Positions 50,266 to 60,368 of a stretch of 64,000 bases of DNA are shown here, piece after piece. The DNA comes from Candidatus Onthovivens sp. GTDB taxonomy: Bacteria; Bacillota_I; Bacilli_A; RFN20; CAG-826. The translations under genes were made by a program, and so were the position numbers. The stretch lies in assembly GCA_035270825.1 (NCBI GenBank), contig DATESL010000028.1:1064-65063 (forward strand), read 5' to 3'. Below the pieces are notes generated by a model, which was given only the letters and a program-made list of their open reading frames with translations, searched no databases and was not told the origin of the DNA. Numbering within the stretch: the stretch's first letter is position 1; the number at the start of each line of letters is the position of its first letter.

Positions 50266-52350
50266 ATGAAACTAGTTATTGTTGAGTCCCCAGCTAAAAG
50301 TAAAACTATCGCCCAATATTTAGGTGAAGATTTTCGTGTTGAAGCAAGTGTTGGACATGTTAGAGACCTCTCAATTGGAGGTAAAGGTGGTTTAGGTGTT
50401 GATATTGAAAATGATTTTGCTGCTAAATATAGCATTAATAAAGAAAAAGTTAGTGTTGTTGCTAAACTTAAAAAATTAGCCAAAAATGCTGATGAAGTAA
50501 TTCTTGCAACTGACCCGGACCGTGAAGGGGAAGCGATTGCTTGGCATTTAGCCAGCGTTTTAAATCTAGATATTGAATCTACTAAAAGACTTGAGTTTCA
50601 TGAAATTACAAAAACTTCGATTTTAGAAGCAATGGATGATCCTCATTTAATTAATATGGACTTAGTTCATTCTCAAGAAGCTCGTCGCATTATTGATCGC
50701 ATCTTAGGGTTTAAACTTTCTAATCTTTTAAGAAACCGTATTAAATCAAATAGTGCAGGTCGTGTTCAAAGTGTTGCTCTGCGTTTAATTGTTGATCATG
50801 AAAAAGAGATTAACGATTTTATTAGTGAAATATATTATGTGATTGAAGCATCAATTTTAAAAGATAATCAAAAATATAAAATTGAATTATCAAAAGTTGA
50901 TGGGAAGACTCCTGAATTAAAGAGCGAAGAAAGCGCTAATTATGTTTTAACTTCCTTAGGTAAAACTTGCCAAGTGAGTGATATTAATGTTTCAAAGAAA
51001 ACTTTAGAATCTAAAGAACCATTTAGAACATCAACTCTTCAACAACAAGCTTACTCTAAGTTTGGTTATTCAATTAAAGAGACAACTGTTTTAGCTCAAC
51101 AATTGTATGAAGGTATTGAATTGGGTGGAGAATTAGTTGGTTTAGTCACCTATATTCGTACGGACTCAACTAAATTAAGTGAGGGTTTTGTTAAATCTGC
51201 ACAAGATTATATCATTGCTAATTATGGTGCTGATTATTATAAAGGTGCTAAAAAGTCTAAAAATGTTAAGAATTCTCAAGATGCTCACGAAGCAATTCGT
51301 CCTACAAGCTTAGAAAGAACACCAGCTAGTGTTAAAGCACAGCTTGCACCAAAAGCTTATAAATTATACAAATTAATTTATGAAAGAACTCTTTCTAGTT
51401 TGATGACATCTAAAATTGTTGAAACAACATCATTTGTTTTAACAAGTAATAATATTGCCTTTACTACCAAAACTAGTAAGGTCCTTTTTCCCGGTTATGA
51501 TATTTTTAAACTTGATGAAGAAGAAGAATCATCACTTATCCCATCCTTAAAGATTGGTGATAGTTTTGAATTAGTTGATGTATCCAGCAAACAAGAAGAA
51601 ACTAAACCACCAGCTCGTTATAGTGAGGGTAAATTTGTTAAAATTATGGAAGAAAACGGAATTGGTCGACCATCGACTTATTCTTCAACAATTCAAACAC
51701 TTGTTCAAAGAAAATATGTTACTTCAACAAAAGGAGTTTTAGCTCCAACTGAACAAGGAGTTTTAACCTCAACTGTTTTAGTTAAATATTTTGCTGAAAT
51801 GATGAATACTGATTATACTGCTGAACTTGAAACTTCACTTGATAAAATTCAAAATGGAGAAGTTTCTGAACTTGATGTTATGAAAAACTTCTATAGCGAT
51901 TTTGAAAAGATTTTTAATGAAGCAAAAGATAAAATGTATAAAGAACCATTAAAGAAAACTGGCGAAAAGTGCCCAGTTTGTGGAAATGATTTAGTTGAAC
52001 GAATTGGTCGTTATGGAAAATTTATTAGTTGTTCAGATTATCCAAATTGTAAATATATTGCCAAAACTCCAAAAGAGGCACCAGTTGAAGTTGGACGTAA
52101 TTGTCCAGATTGTGGTCATCCTTTGGTTTACCGCAAAAATAAAAAAGGTCAACAATTTATTGGTTGCTCTAATTTTCCAAAATGCCGTTATATTGAAACT
52201 GATCAAACAAATCAAGTCGAAGAAGAGAAAAAATATTGTCCAGATTGTGGGCAGTTATTAGTTCGTCGTAAAGGGAAAATTGGTTATTTCTATGGGTGCT
52301 CAGGTTATCCAAAATGTAAACATATTGAGCCAATTAAAGATGAAAAGTAA
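50266..52350 (+). CDS. topA: DNA topoisomerase I
   Basis: Toprim start MKLVIVESPAKSKTIAQYLG, DPDREGEAIAWH, and three C-terminal CPxCG...C zinc-ribbon repeats. Confidence 0.95.
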   Translation: MKLVIVESPAKSKTIAQYLGEDFRVEASVGHVRDLSIGGKGGLGVDIENDFAAKYSINKEKVSVVAKLKKLAKNADEVILATDPDREGEAIAWHLASVLNLDIESTKRLEFHEITKTSILEAMDDPHLINMDLVHSQEARRIIDRILGFKLSNLLRNRIKSNSAGRVQSVALRLIVDHEKEINDFISEIYYVIEASILKDNQKYKIELSKVDGKTPELKSEESANYVLTSLGKTCQVSDINVSKKTLESKEPFRTSTLQQQAYSKFGYSIKETTVLAQQLYEGIELGGELVGLVTYIRTDSTKLSEGFVKSAQDYIIANYGADYYKGAKKSKNVKNSQDAHEAIRPTSLERTPASVKAQLAPKAYKLYKLIYERTLSSLMTSKIVETTSFVLTSNNIAFTTKTSKVLFPGYDIFKLDEEEESSLIPSLKIGDSFELVDVSSKQEETKPPARYSEGKFVKIMEENGIGRPSTYSSTIQTLVQRKYVTSTKGVLAPTEQGVLTSTVLVKYFAEMMNTDYTAELETSLDKIQNGEVSELDVMKNFYSDFEKIFNEAKDKMYKEPLKKTGEKCPVCGNDLVERIGRYGKFISCSDYPNCKYIAKTPKEAPVEVGRNCPDCGHPLVYRKNKKGQQFIGCSNFPKCRYIETDQTNQVEEEKKYCPDCGQLLVRRKGKIGYFYGCSGYPKCKHIEPIKDEK

Positions 52351-53626
52351 AACAATTAATATTATTGGAGCAGGACTTGCTGGATCTGAAGCCGCTTATT
52401 TCTTAGCCAATAAAGGTTATAAAGTTAAATTATACGAAAAAAGACCACTTGTCTCTTCGGAAGCTCATAAAACAGATAAGTTTGCGGAATTAGTCTGTTC
52501 GAATTCTTTAAAATCAAAGGCTCTTGATAATGCTTGTGGTTTATTAAAAGAAGAAATACACCTTCTAGGTTCCATTATGATGGAAGCAGCGGCTGAAAGT
52601 GAAGTTAAAGGCGGAGATTCTTTAAATGTCGACCGTGAGATTTTTAGTGACTATATAACTAAAAAAATTAATGAACATGAAAATATTGAAGTTATTTATC
52701 AAGATGTTGAAGAGCCACTAGAGGGAATTAATCTAATTTGTACTGGTCCTTTAACAAGTGCAAAATTATTAAGTAAAATTTCTTTTGATACAAATGAAAA
52801 AGTTTATGGTTTTTATGATGCTAGTTCACCAATTGTTGAAAAAGATTCAATTGATTTTAGTAAGTGTTATTTTAAATCGCGCTATGATAAAGGCGATCCT
52901 AATATTTTAAATTGTCCAATGACAAAAAGTGAATATGACTTATTTTATAATGAATTAATAAATGCCAAAAGAGCACCCCTTCATGATTTTGATACTAATT
53001 ATTTTGAAGGTTGTTTACCAGTTGAAATAATCGCCTCACGCGGGATTGATACACTTCGCTTTGGTCCCTTAAAGCCAGTTGGACTTGAAAATAATGAACA
53101 TCAACCTTATGCTGTAGTTCAATTAAGACAGGATGATTTAATTGGTGATTTTTATAATTTAGTTGGTTTTCAAACTAATCTTACATATTCAGAACAAAGA
53201 AGAGTGTTTGCTTTAATTCCTGGATTAGAAAAGGCAAACTATATTCGATTTGGCTTGATGCACCGCAATTCTTATCTTTATGCACCTAAAGTTTTAAATG
53301 CTGATTTAAGTTTAAAATGCAACGCTGATATTTATGTTGGTGGACAGTTATCAGGGGTTGAGGGTTACGTTGAAAGTGCTGCCTCAGGACTGATGGCTGC
53401 AATTTATTTATATTTAAAACTTGAAGGAAAAGAATTTAGGGCTTTAAGTTTTAATACAGTTTTAGGAGCACTCCTAAGATATATCACTCATACGGGAGCA
53501 AATAATTTTGCCCCAATGAACGCAAATTTTGGTATAATTTATAGAGCCAACAAAGATCCAAAAGAATTAGTTATCAAAAGATCTTTGGATGCCGTTAAAG
53601 ATTTTATAAATTATATCAATGAATAA
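52340..53626 (+). CDS. trmFO: Methylenetetrahydrofolate--tRNA-(uracil54-C5)-methyltransferase TrmFO
   Basis: 428 aa from ATG 52340 (overlaps the topA end); FAD motif INIIGAGLAGSEAAYFLA; ELVCSNSLK. Confidence 0.9.
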   Translation: MKSKTINIIGAGLAGSEAAYFLANKGYKVKLYEKRPLVSSEAHKTDKFAELVCSNSLKSKALDNACGLLKEEIHLLGSIMMEAAAESEVKGGDSLNVDREIFSDYITKKINEHENIEVIYQDVEEPLEGINLICTGPLTSAKLLSKISFDTNEKVYGFYDASSPIVEKDSIDFSKCYFKSRYDKGDPNILNCPMTKSEYDLFYNELINAKRAPLHDFDTNYFEGCLPVEIIASRGIDTLRFGPLKPVGLENNEHQPYAVVQLRQDDLIGDFYNLVGFQTNLTYSEQRRVFALIPGLEKANYIRFGLMHRNSYLYAPKVLNADLSLKCNADIYVGGQLSGVEGYVESAASGLMAAIYLYLKLEGKEFRALSFNTVLGALLRYITHTGANNFAPMNANFGIIYRANKDPKELVIKRSLDAVKDFINYINE

Positions 53627-54548
53627 AGCAGAACATGAATTTTTATCCTTCCTTGAATTTGAACTAGGATATAGCAAAAATACTTTAAAAGCATATCAAA
53701 AAGATATTGATCTTTTCTATGAATATATTTTTGCTGAGGGTTATGAATTTGATAATGTTGATAAAGCAGGGGTTCGTGGATTTATGAAATCTCGACTTGA
53801 GACAACTACTTATCGCGGAGAAGAAGAAACACCTCGGACATTAAAAAGAAGAATTGCTGCTTTAAAGAAATACTATCAATTCTTAATGAAGAAAAAATAT
53901 ATTAAAAATAATCCATTTATTAATATTCAAACTCCTAAAGTTGTTAATAAACTTCCTGAAGTGATGTTTGAAAAAACTATTCAAAAACTTCTTGATACAA
54001 ATGCCTCTCGCGAAGATAAATTAAAAGATCGTGACCAAGCTATTTTAGAGTTGATGTATTCGAGTGGGTTGCGCTGTTCGGAGTTAATTAATATTAAAAT
54101 TAATGAAGTTAATCTTTCTGCTCGCTATTTAAGAGTTATTGGAAAAGGGAAAAAAGAACGTATTGTTCCCTTTTCTAATGAAGCCTTAGTGGCGATTAAA
54201 AGTTATGTTAGTGTTCTTCGTGAAGAGTTATTAAAAGATAAATCACCTCATGATCGTTCTAAGCACCTTTTTTTAAACTCTAAAGGGGAGGCCCTAACTT
54301 CTAGAGGTCTAGAATATATTCTTGATTCAATTGTAAAAAAGACTAATTTAAGTTTAGGAATTAAACTTCATCCCCATATTTTAAGACATTCATTTGCAAC
54401 TCATCTTCTAGAAAAAGGTGCTGATTTGCGTTTAATTCAAGAGTTGATGGGACATTCATCAATTAATACCACCCAAATTTATACTCACGTTTCAAAAGAA
54501 ACGATGAAGGAAGAATATAATAAATTTTTCCCTAAAGGTAAAAAGTAA
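53619..54548 (+). CDS. xerC: Tyrosine recombinase XerC/CodV-type
   Basis: R...HxxR...Y catalytic pattern (GLRCSELINI; HPHILRHSFATHLLEKGADLRLIQELMGHSSINTTQIYTHV). Confidence 0.88.
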   Translation: MNKAEHEFLSFLEFELGYSKNTLKAYQKDIDLFYEYIFAEGYEFDNVDKAGVRGFMKSRLETTTYRGEEETPRTLKRRIAALKKYYQFLMKKKYIKNNPFINIQTPKVVNKLPEVMFEKTIQKLLDTNASREDKLKDRDQAILELMYSSGLRCSELINIKINEVNLSARYLRVIGKGKKERIVPFSNEALVAIKSYVSVLREELLKDKSPHDRSKHLFLNSKGEALTSRGLEYILDSIVKKTNLSLGIKLHPHILRHSFATHLLEKGADLRLIQELMGHSSINTTQIYTHVSKETMKEEYNKFFPKGKK

Positions 54549-54565
54549 GTTTTTAAATATATAAT

Positions 54566-54594
54566 TTGCATTTTAAGCGTTTTATTGGTATAAT
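54566..54594 (+). promoter_or_regulatory. Candidate strong promoter of rpsB-tsf
   Basis: TTGCAT (54566-54571), 17 nt spacer, TATAAT (54589-54594) with a TGn extended -10 (54586-54588). Confidence 0.6.
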
Positions 54595-54729
54595 TTTTAA
54601 GACTTTTTGTGCTTTACAAAAAGAATACGCACATTATGGATTCAGCGTCCTAGTCTCTATTTATATTTTGAAAATAGAGGGAAGGCTGTTCGAAATAATG
54701 GAGGCATAACAAATAAGGGGGAGTCTTAA

Positions 54730-55869
54730 ATGACCGAAGAAAAAAACTTAAGCGCAACTTTAGACGCTGCTAGCGAAGAAATTACTGCTAGTGAAACTGA
54801 AGTAACAACCAATGAAATGGATAATATTATTTTTGATCCAACTCAACCAATCGTCACCTTAGCAAAACTTTTAGAAGGTGGAGTACATTATGGACACCAA
54901 ACAAGAAAATGGAATCCAAAAATGAAACAATACATCCATTGCGCAAGAAACGGTATTTACATTATTGATTTAAACAAATCAAAAGTTGGCATCGAAAGTG
55001 CTTATGATAAATTAAAAACAATCATTTTAGAGGGCGGAAAGGCTTTATTTGTCGGAACAAAAGACAATTCAAAACTTATCGTTAAAGAAGAAGCTGAAAG
55101 AAGTGGTTCCTTTTATATTAACAATAGATGGTTAGGTGGTATCTTAACAAACTTTAAAACCATTCAAACCAGAATTAAAAAACTTAAAGAATTAGAACAA
55201 GCTGAAGAAGAGGGAGTTTTTGATCAATTACCTAAAAAAGAAGCTGCTGCTTTAAGAAAAGAAAAAGAAAAATTAGCTAAAAACCTTGAAGGTATTAAGG
55301 AAATGAGAAAAATTCCTAACGCAATTATTGTTGTTGATCCAATGGAAGAACACAATGCTGTTGCTGAAGCTAGAATCTTAAATATTCCAGTTTTTGCAAT
55401 TTGTGATACAAACTGCAATCCTGAGGGTGTTGATTTCATTATTCCTGGAAACGATGACGCTACTAAATCAGTGAAATTAATTATTGGTCTATTAAGTGAT
55501 GCTGTTGTTGAAGCTAAAGGTGGATTACCACTTATTGCTTATACCAAAGATGAAGGTGAAGAAGTCACCATGAAAGATGCAATCAGACAAGCTGATAGAG
55601 AAAACGCTTTAAGATTAGCAGCAAGAAGAGAAATGCAACGTTTAAGAATGGAAAAAGATAAAGCTCGTTATGGAAATAACCGCTTTGGCAATCGTCCAAG
55701 ATATGAAAATAATCGCAATGAAGAAGCTCCAAAAGCACCAGTTGCCCCAACAGCACCTGTTGTTGAAGCTCCTGTAAGCGAAAAAGTTGAAGTTGCAGAA
55801 GTCAAAAAACCTGCTAAAAAACCTAGTGTTAAAAAAGTAGAAGAAAAGACTGAAGAAAAAGGAGAATAA
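54730..55869 (+). CDS. rpsB: 30S ribosomal protein S2 with N- and C-terminal extensions
   Basis: S2 core LLEGGVHYGHQTRKWNPKM...FVGTK...NRWLGGILTNF. It is preceded by an about 40-aa acidic extension and followed by an about 100-aa R/N- then K/A/P/E-rich tail. Confidence 0.92.
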   Translation: MTEEKNLSATLDAASEEITASETEVTTNEMDNIIFDPTQPIVTLAKLLEGGVHYGHQTRKWNPKMKQYIHCARNGIYIIDLNKSKVGIESAYDKLKTIILEGGKALFVGTKDNSKLIVKEEAERSGSFYINNRWLGGILTNFKTIQTRIKKLKELEQAEEEGVFDQLPKKEAAALRKEKEKLAKNLEGIKEMRKIPNAIIVVDPMEEHNAVAEARILNIPVFAICDTNCNPEGVDFIIPGNDDATKSVKLIIGLLSDAVVEAKGGLPLIAYTKDEGEEVTMKDAIRQADRENALRLAARREMQRLRMEKDKARYGNNRFGNRPRYENNRNEEAPKAPVAPTAPVVEAPVSEKVEVAEVKKPAKKPSVKKVEEKTEEKGE

Positions 55870-55872
55870 TCA

Positions 55873-56751
55873 ATGGCAAATATCGAATTAATTAAAATTT
55901 TAAGAGACCGTACAGGCGCTGGCATGATGGATTGTAAAAATGCATTAGATGCTGCTGAAAACGATGTTGATAAAGCAATTGCTTGGTTAAGAGAAAAAGG
56001 AATTTCCAAGCAAGCTAATAAAGCTTCAAGAATTGCTGCTGAAGGCTTATGCCAAATTAATATTTGTGAAGCTTGTAATTCTGGAATTATTTCTGAATTA
56101 AACTGTGAAACTGATTTCGTTGCTAAATCTGATGATTTTGCTAATTTAATCAATTTAACAAACCAAATTATTTTAAAAAATAAAATCGAAAGTGTTGAAA
56201 AAGCTATTGCTCATCCTGAAGTTGTTGAAGCTTTTACCAATGCAACTGTTAAATTAGGTGAAAAATTAAGTTTAAGAAGATTTGAAATTATTTCCAAAAC
56301 TGCTGAAAATGGTTTTGGTCGTTATATTCACCTTGGTGGAAAAATTGGTGTTATTATTGTTTTAGAAAAAGCTGATGAAGAATTAGCTAAAGGTTTAGCA
56401 ATGCATATTGCTGCTAATGCTCCTAAATATATCACCACTGAAGAGATTTCTAGCCAAGCTCGTGAAGAGGAAAGACATATTCAATTAGAAGCTGCTAAAA
56501 ATGATGAGAAATTAAAATCGAAACCAGAAGCTGCTTTAGAAAAAATCATTGAAGGTAAATTAAACAAAGTCTTTGGAGAATTCACCTTAACTGAACAAGA
56601 ATTCTTATTAGAACCAGGCAAAACAATTGCAACTGTTCTTAAAGAAAAAGGCAATCGAGTTTTAAAATTTGTTCGTTACAATGTTGGTGAAGGACTTGAA
56701 AAAAGAAAAGATAACTTCGCTGAAGAAGTAATGGCACAAGCTAATAACTAA
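55873..56751 (+). CDS. tsf: Elongation factor Ts
   Basis: UBA-like start LIKILRDRTGAGMMDCKNALDAAENDVDKAIAWLREKG. Confidence 0.93.
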   Translation: MANIELIKILRDRTGAGMMDCKNALDAAENDVDKAIAWLREKGISKQANKASRIAAEGLCQINICEACNSGIISELNCETDFVAKSDDFANLINLTNQIILKNKIESVEKAIAHPEVVEAFTNATVKLGEKLSLRRFEIISKTAENGFGRYIHLGGKIGVIIVLEKADEELAKGLAMHIAANAPKYITTEEISSQAREEERHIQLEAAKNDEKLKSKPEAALEKIIEGKLNKVFGEFTLTEQEFLLEPGKTIATVLKEKGNRVLKFVRYNVGEGLEKRKDNFAEEVMAQANN

Positions 56752-56755
56752 TTTA

Positions 56756-56785
56756 AGGAGACCCTATGGGTCTTCTTTTTTTATT
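56756..56785 (+). terminator. Rho-independent terminator after tsf
   Basis: aggagaccc / tat / gggtcttct hairpin (56756-56776) followed by a T-run. Confidence 0.7.
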
Positions 56786-56850
56786 TTTTATGAAATTTGT
56801 ATTTTAATTGTAAAATATTCATAGTTTTTTTGGTATAATAAAGGAGTTAT

Positions 56851-57576
56851 ATGGAAACGAAGTATAAAAGAGTTGTTTTAAAAATCAGTGGAGAATCCTT
56901 ATCAAGCAATAATGGCTTGATCTTTGACTCTTCTAAACTTAAAGAACTAGCAAAAATCGTTGAAAAACTTCAAAACATTGGGATTAAAGTCGCGATTGTT
57001 ATTGGAGCTGGAAATATTTTTAGAGGACGAATTGCTGAGGAATTAGGGATAGAAAAAGAAGATGGCGATTATATTGGAATGGTTGGAACAATCATTAACT
57101 GTAAGGCCTTTTCTTCAGTATTAGCTAATTTAAATATTAAAAACGTTGTCTTTTCTTCCTTGCATGTTGATAAAGTTGCTCAAGTTTATAATAAAGTTGA
57201 GGCAAAAAAACATTATGAAAATGGAGAAGTTGTCTTATTTGCTGGGGGGACAGGATTTCCAGGATTTACAACCGATACCTGTGCAACTAGAAGAGCAATT
57301 GATATTGAAGCCGAAGCAATCTTAATGGGAAAACATGGGATTGATGGAGTTTATAGCAGTGATCCTAATCGTGATAGTGAAGCTAAGTTTCTTAAACATT
57401 TAACCTATCAAGAAGTTCTTGATCGTAATTTAAAAGTAATGGACATTTCAGCTATTAAAGAGCTAATGCCTTATGATATTGATGTAAAAGTATTTTCAAT
57501 GGCAACAACCTCAAACTTTGTTGATGTATGTTTAGGGAAAGACATTGGAACGACAATTTGTAAAGGAGACCACTAA
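56851..57576 (+). CDS. pyrH: UMP kinase
   Basis: YKRVVLKISGESL start and VIGAGNIFRG motif. Confidence 0.92.
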   Translation: METKYKRVVLKISGESLSSNNGLIFDSSKLKELAKIVEKLQNIGIKVAIVIGAGNIFRGRIAEELGIEKEDGDYIGMVGTIINCKAFSSVLANLNIKNVVFSSLHVDKVAQVYNKVEAKKHYENGEVVLFAGGTGFPGFTTDTCATRRAIDIEAEAILMGKHGIDGVYSSDPNRDSEAKFLKHLTYQEVLDRNLKVMDISAIKELMPYDIDVKVFSMATTSNFVDVCLGKDIGTTICKGDH

Positions 57577-57577
57577 A

Positions 57578-58123
57578 ATGGAAGATGTAATTTTAAAAGC
57601 TCGAGAAAAGATGGATAAATCAATTCTTAACCTTAAGGAAAACTTAAACACCTTAAGAACTGGACGTGCTAATCCTTCATTATTAAATAATATTGATTGC
57701 GATTACTATGGAGAAAAAATGCCCGTTAGTCAATTAGCTGCTATTTCAACTCCTGAACCAAGACAACTTTTAATTGCTCCTTATGATTCAAATGATATTA
57801 AAAGTGTCGTGGCAGCAATTAATGCTAGTAATATTGGAATTAATCCAATTGTTGATGGTAAGCAAATTCGTTTAATCATGCCTCCATTAACTGAAGAACG
57901 TCGTAAAGAATTTGCAAAAAAAGCTAAAACCTATGGTGAAGATGCTAAAGTAGCTATTCGTAATATTCGTCGTGATTTTATCGACTTAATTAAAAAAGAC
58001 GATACTTATACCGAAGATTCTTTGAAAAAAGAAGAAGAAAACGTTCAAAAAGTTACAGATGAATTCATTAAGTTAATTGATGAAACAATAAAGAAGAAAA
58101 CAGAAGAAATTCTTACAATCTAG
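57578..58123 (+). CDS. frr: Ribosome recycling factor
   Basis: 181 aa from ATG 57578 (1 nt after the pyrH stop); LNTLRTGRANPSLL and IRNIRRD motifs. Confidence 0.92.
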   Translation: MEDVILKAREKMDKSILNLKENLNTLRTGRANPSLLNNIDCDYYGEKMPVSQLAAISTPEPRQLLIAPYDSNDIKSVVAAINASNIGINPIVDGKQIRLIMPPLTEERRKEFAKKAKTYGEDAKVAIRNIRRDFIDLIKKDDTYTEDSLKKEEENVQKVTDEFIKLIDETIKKKTEEILTI

Positions 58124-58128
58124 GTTAT

Positions 58129-59202
58129 ATGGAACGCAAGAATGAGAGTGAAAAGAATCAGCTACATGAAAAATATCTGAATTCTTTAAACGATAATGCT
58201 AAAAAATCAATGAAAAGCCGAGTTTTAACTGGGTTTTTTGTTATTTTAGTTTCGATTCCTTGCGCTATTATTGGCGATTATCTTTTCTTTGCTTTGATTG
58301 CAGTTTTGGCAATTATTGCGACTCATGAAATTTGTAAAGTTCCTCAATCAATAGAGAAAAAATTTAATAAATTTGTTTATATTTTTGCCTATATTCTTGT
58401 TTTATCACTGCTTTTTTGGGTTTTATTAAAAAATAACTTAAATAATTATTTTGATATTCAAAGTGGTGTGGTCCCTGGACCATTCCTTTTTTCCTTATCT
58501 AATGATTTTAAAGCCATTAGTATATCGGTTGGTTCATTTATGATTTGCATTATCTTTTTCTTTTTAATGTCTTTTATTGATGAAAGTTTTAAATTAAAAG
58601 ATGCCTTTTTCCTTACCACAATGCTTTTTGTCATTGCTCTTGGTTTGCAAGGACTGCTCTTTTTAAGATATGCAGCTTTTGCTTATGCTAATTCAGGAGC
58701 TGGGATAAACAGCATTCAAACACCAGCAGATTTCCGTTTTTTTCAAAGTGCTGGCTTAATTATTTTCCTTCTTATTGGAACATTTTTAAGTGATACAGGA
58801 GCTTATTTTATTGGTGTTTTATTTGGTAAACATAAACTATGTCCAAAAATCTCTCCTAAAAAAACATGGGAAGGATTTATTGGCGGCTTCTTCTTTAGCG
58901 TTGCTGCTTCCTTGTTATTTGCTTTCTTAATGGATTATTTTAAATATCCTATTTTAGAAGGAGTGCTAGATATTGCTCATTGGTACAATGTTTTAATTGC
59001 TAGTTTAATGATGCCATTAATTGGCACGATTGGTGATCTTTTATTCTCATCAATAAAAAGAACTTATTTAATTAAAGATTTTGGAACTATTTTAAAAGAT
59101 CACGGAGGAATTCTTGACCGTTTAGATAGTTTATTGCTAAATTCTGTTTGTCTTTCTCTTTTAGTAACAATTTTTGCAAATAATTGGAATTTTACAATTT
59201 AG
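58129..59202 (+). CDS. cdsA: Phosphatidate cytidylyltransferase (long form)
   Basis: SDTGAYFIGVLFGKHKLCPKISPKKTWEGFIGG and GDLLFSSIKR...KDFGTILKDHGGILDRLDS signature. Confidence 0.88.
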   Translation: MERKNESEKNQLHEKYLNSLNDNAKKSMKSRVLTGFFVILVSIPCAIIGDYLFFALIAVLAIIATHEICKVPQSIEKKFNKFVYIFAYILVLSLLFWVLLKNNLNNYFDIQSGVVPGPFLFSLSNDFKAISISVGSFMICIIFFFLMSFIDESFKLKDAFFLTTMLFVIALGLQGLLFLRYAAFAYANSGAGINSIQTPADFRFFQSAGLIIFLLIGTFLSDTGAYFIGVLFGKHKLCPKISPKKTWEGFIGGFFFSVAASLLFAFLMDYFKYPILEGVLDIAHWYNVLIASLMMPLIGTIGDLLFSSIKRTYLIKDFGTILKDHGGILDRLDSLLLNSVCLSLLVTIFANNWNFTI

Positions 59203-59212
59203 GGAACAAGAA

Positions 59213-60367
59213 ATGGAAAAAATTGTTATCCTTGGTGCAAGTGGTTCGATTGGGACCCAAGCTATTAATATTATTAAAGAAAAGAAAAATTTTGAATTAG
59301 TAGGAATTTCAGTTGGTGAAAACCTCAAAGTTGCTGAAGAACTAATTCAAAATTTTTCACTTTTATATGTATGTTTAAAAAATAAGAGTGCTTATAAAGT
59401 TTTTAAAAAGAAATATCCTCATATTCAGTTTTTTTATGGCGATAAGGGGTTATTAAAGCTGATCAAAAAATCAGGTTGTGAAAGTGTTTTAAATGCTTTA
59501 GTGGGATTTAGTGGTGTCATGCCATCAATTGAGTCATTAAAATTAAATAAAATCTTATATTTAGCTAATAAAGAAAGTTTAGTTTGTGCTGGAGATATAA
59601 TTAATGAATTAATAGCAAAAAATAATGGTAAATTATATCCAATTGATAGTGAACATGTTGCAATTGAAAAGTGTTTAAAAAATGTTAAAAAAGGTGAATT
59701 AGATTTTATTGGTTTAACTTGTAGTGGAGGACCATTCCTCCATAAAAAACTAGATAACTTTGATAAAATTACTTTAAAAGATGCATTGAAGCATCCTTCT
59801 TGGTCGATGGGTAAAAAGATTACTGTTGATAGTGCTACTTTAATGAATAAAGCCTTTGAGATTATTGAAGCTCATTATTTATTTGATGTTTATGCAAAAG
59901 ATATTAAAGTCTTTATTGATCCTAATTCTTATGTTCACTCCCTTATTCATTTAAAAGATGGAACATATAAATTACAGGTTTCCAAACCTTCGATGCAATA
60001 TCCGCTTGAATATGCCCTTGCTAAAAATCGCAATTATTATCAAGATGTTGAAATTAATACTTTTAAGAATTATAAATTTTATGAAGTTGATAAGGAAAAG
60101 TTTCCTTTAATCAATTATGGTTATTTAGTTGTTTTATTTAAAGGAAACTCAGGAGTGACTTTAAATGCTGCTAATGATATGGCGGTTAAAGCTTTTTTAG
60201 AAGAAAGTATCAAATACATTGATATAAAATTTATAATTGATAAAATTATGAAGGAATATAATTACACAAAAAAGATTAGTGTAAGAGGGTTGATGAAACA
60301 AAATAGAAAAATTGTTTATAAAACCAATAAGATTATTAATGAGTTAAAAAAGAAGAGGGAGAATTAA
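59213..60367 (+). CDS. dxr: 1-deoxy-D-xylulose-5-phosphate reductoisomerase
   Basis: 384 aa from ATG 59213; ILGASGSIGTQA NADPH motif, LANKESLV, PIDSEH, HPSWSMGKKITVDSATLMNK. Confidence 0.9.
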   Translation: MEKIVILGASGSIGTQAINIIKEKKNFELVGISVGENLKVAEELIQNFSLLYVCLKNKSAYKVFKKKYPHIQFFYGDKGLLKLIKKSGCESVLNALVGFSGVMPSIESLKLNKILYLANKESLVCAGDIINELIAKNNGKLYPIDSEHVAIEKCLKNVKKGELDFIGLTCSGGPFLHKKLDNFDKITLKDALKHPSWSMGKKITVDSATLMNKAFEIIEAHYLFDVYAKDIKVFIDPNSYVHSLIHLKDGTYKLQVSKPSMQYPLEYALAKNRNYYQDVEINTFKNYKFYEVDKEKFPLINYGYLVVLFKGNSGVTLNAANDMAVKAFLEESIKYIDIKFIIDKIMKEYNYTKKISVRGLMKQNRKIVYKTNKIINELKKKREN

Positions 60368-60368
60368 G

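Noticed and set aside
54698-54709. Mini-ORF ATG GAG GCA TAA in the rpsB leader
   Set aside because: It has only three codons and no independent RBS. It is more simply part of the leader structure or SD-like sequence, and cannot be supported as a leader peptide.
55668-56153. 161-aa antisense ORF across the rpsB/tsf junction. Similar antisense or internal ORFs occur at 46401-46742, 13029-13352, 11015-11254, 3350-3535, 30310-30561 and 62828-63049
   Set aside because: Each is fully embedded in a well-supported conserved gene on the other strand or in another frame. Their composition is low-complexity Ser/Ala/Leu/Phe-rich, as expected for the reverse of GAA/AAA-rich coding sequence. None has an RBS.
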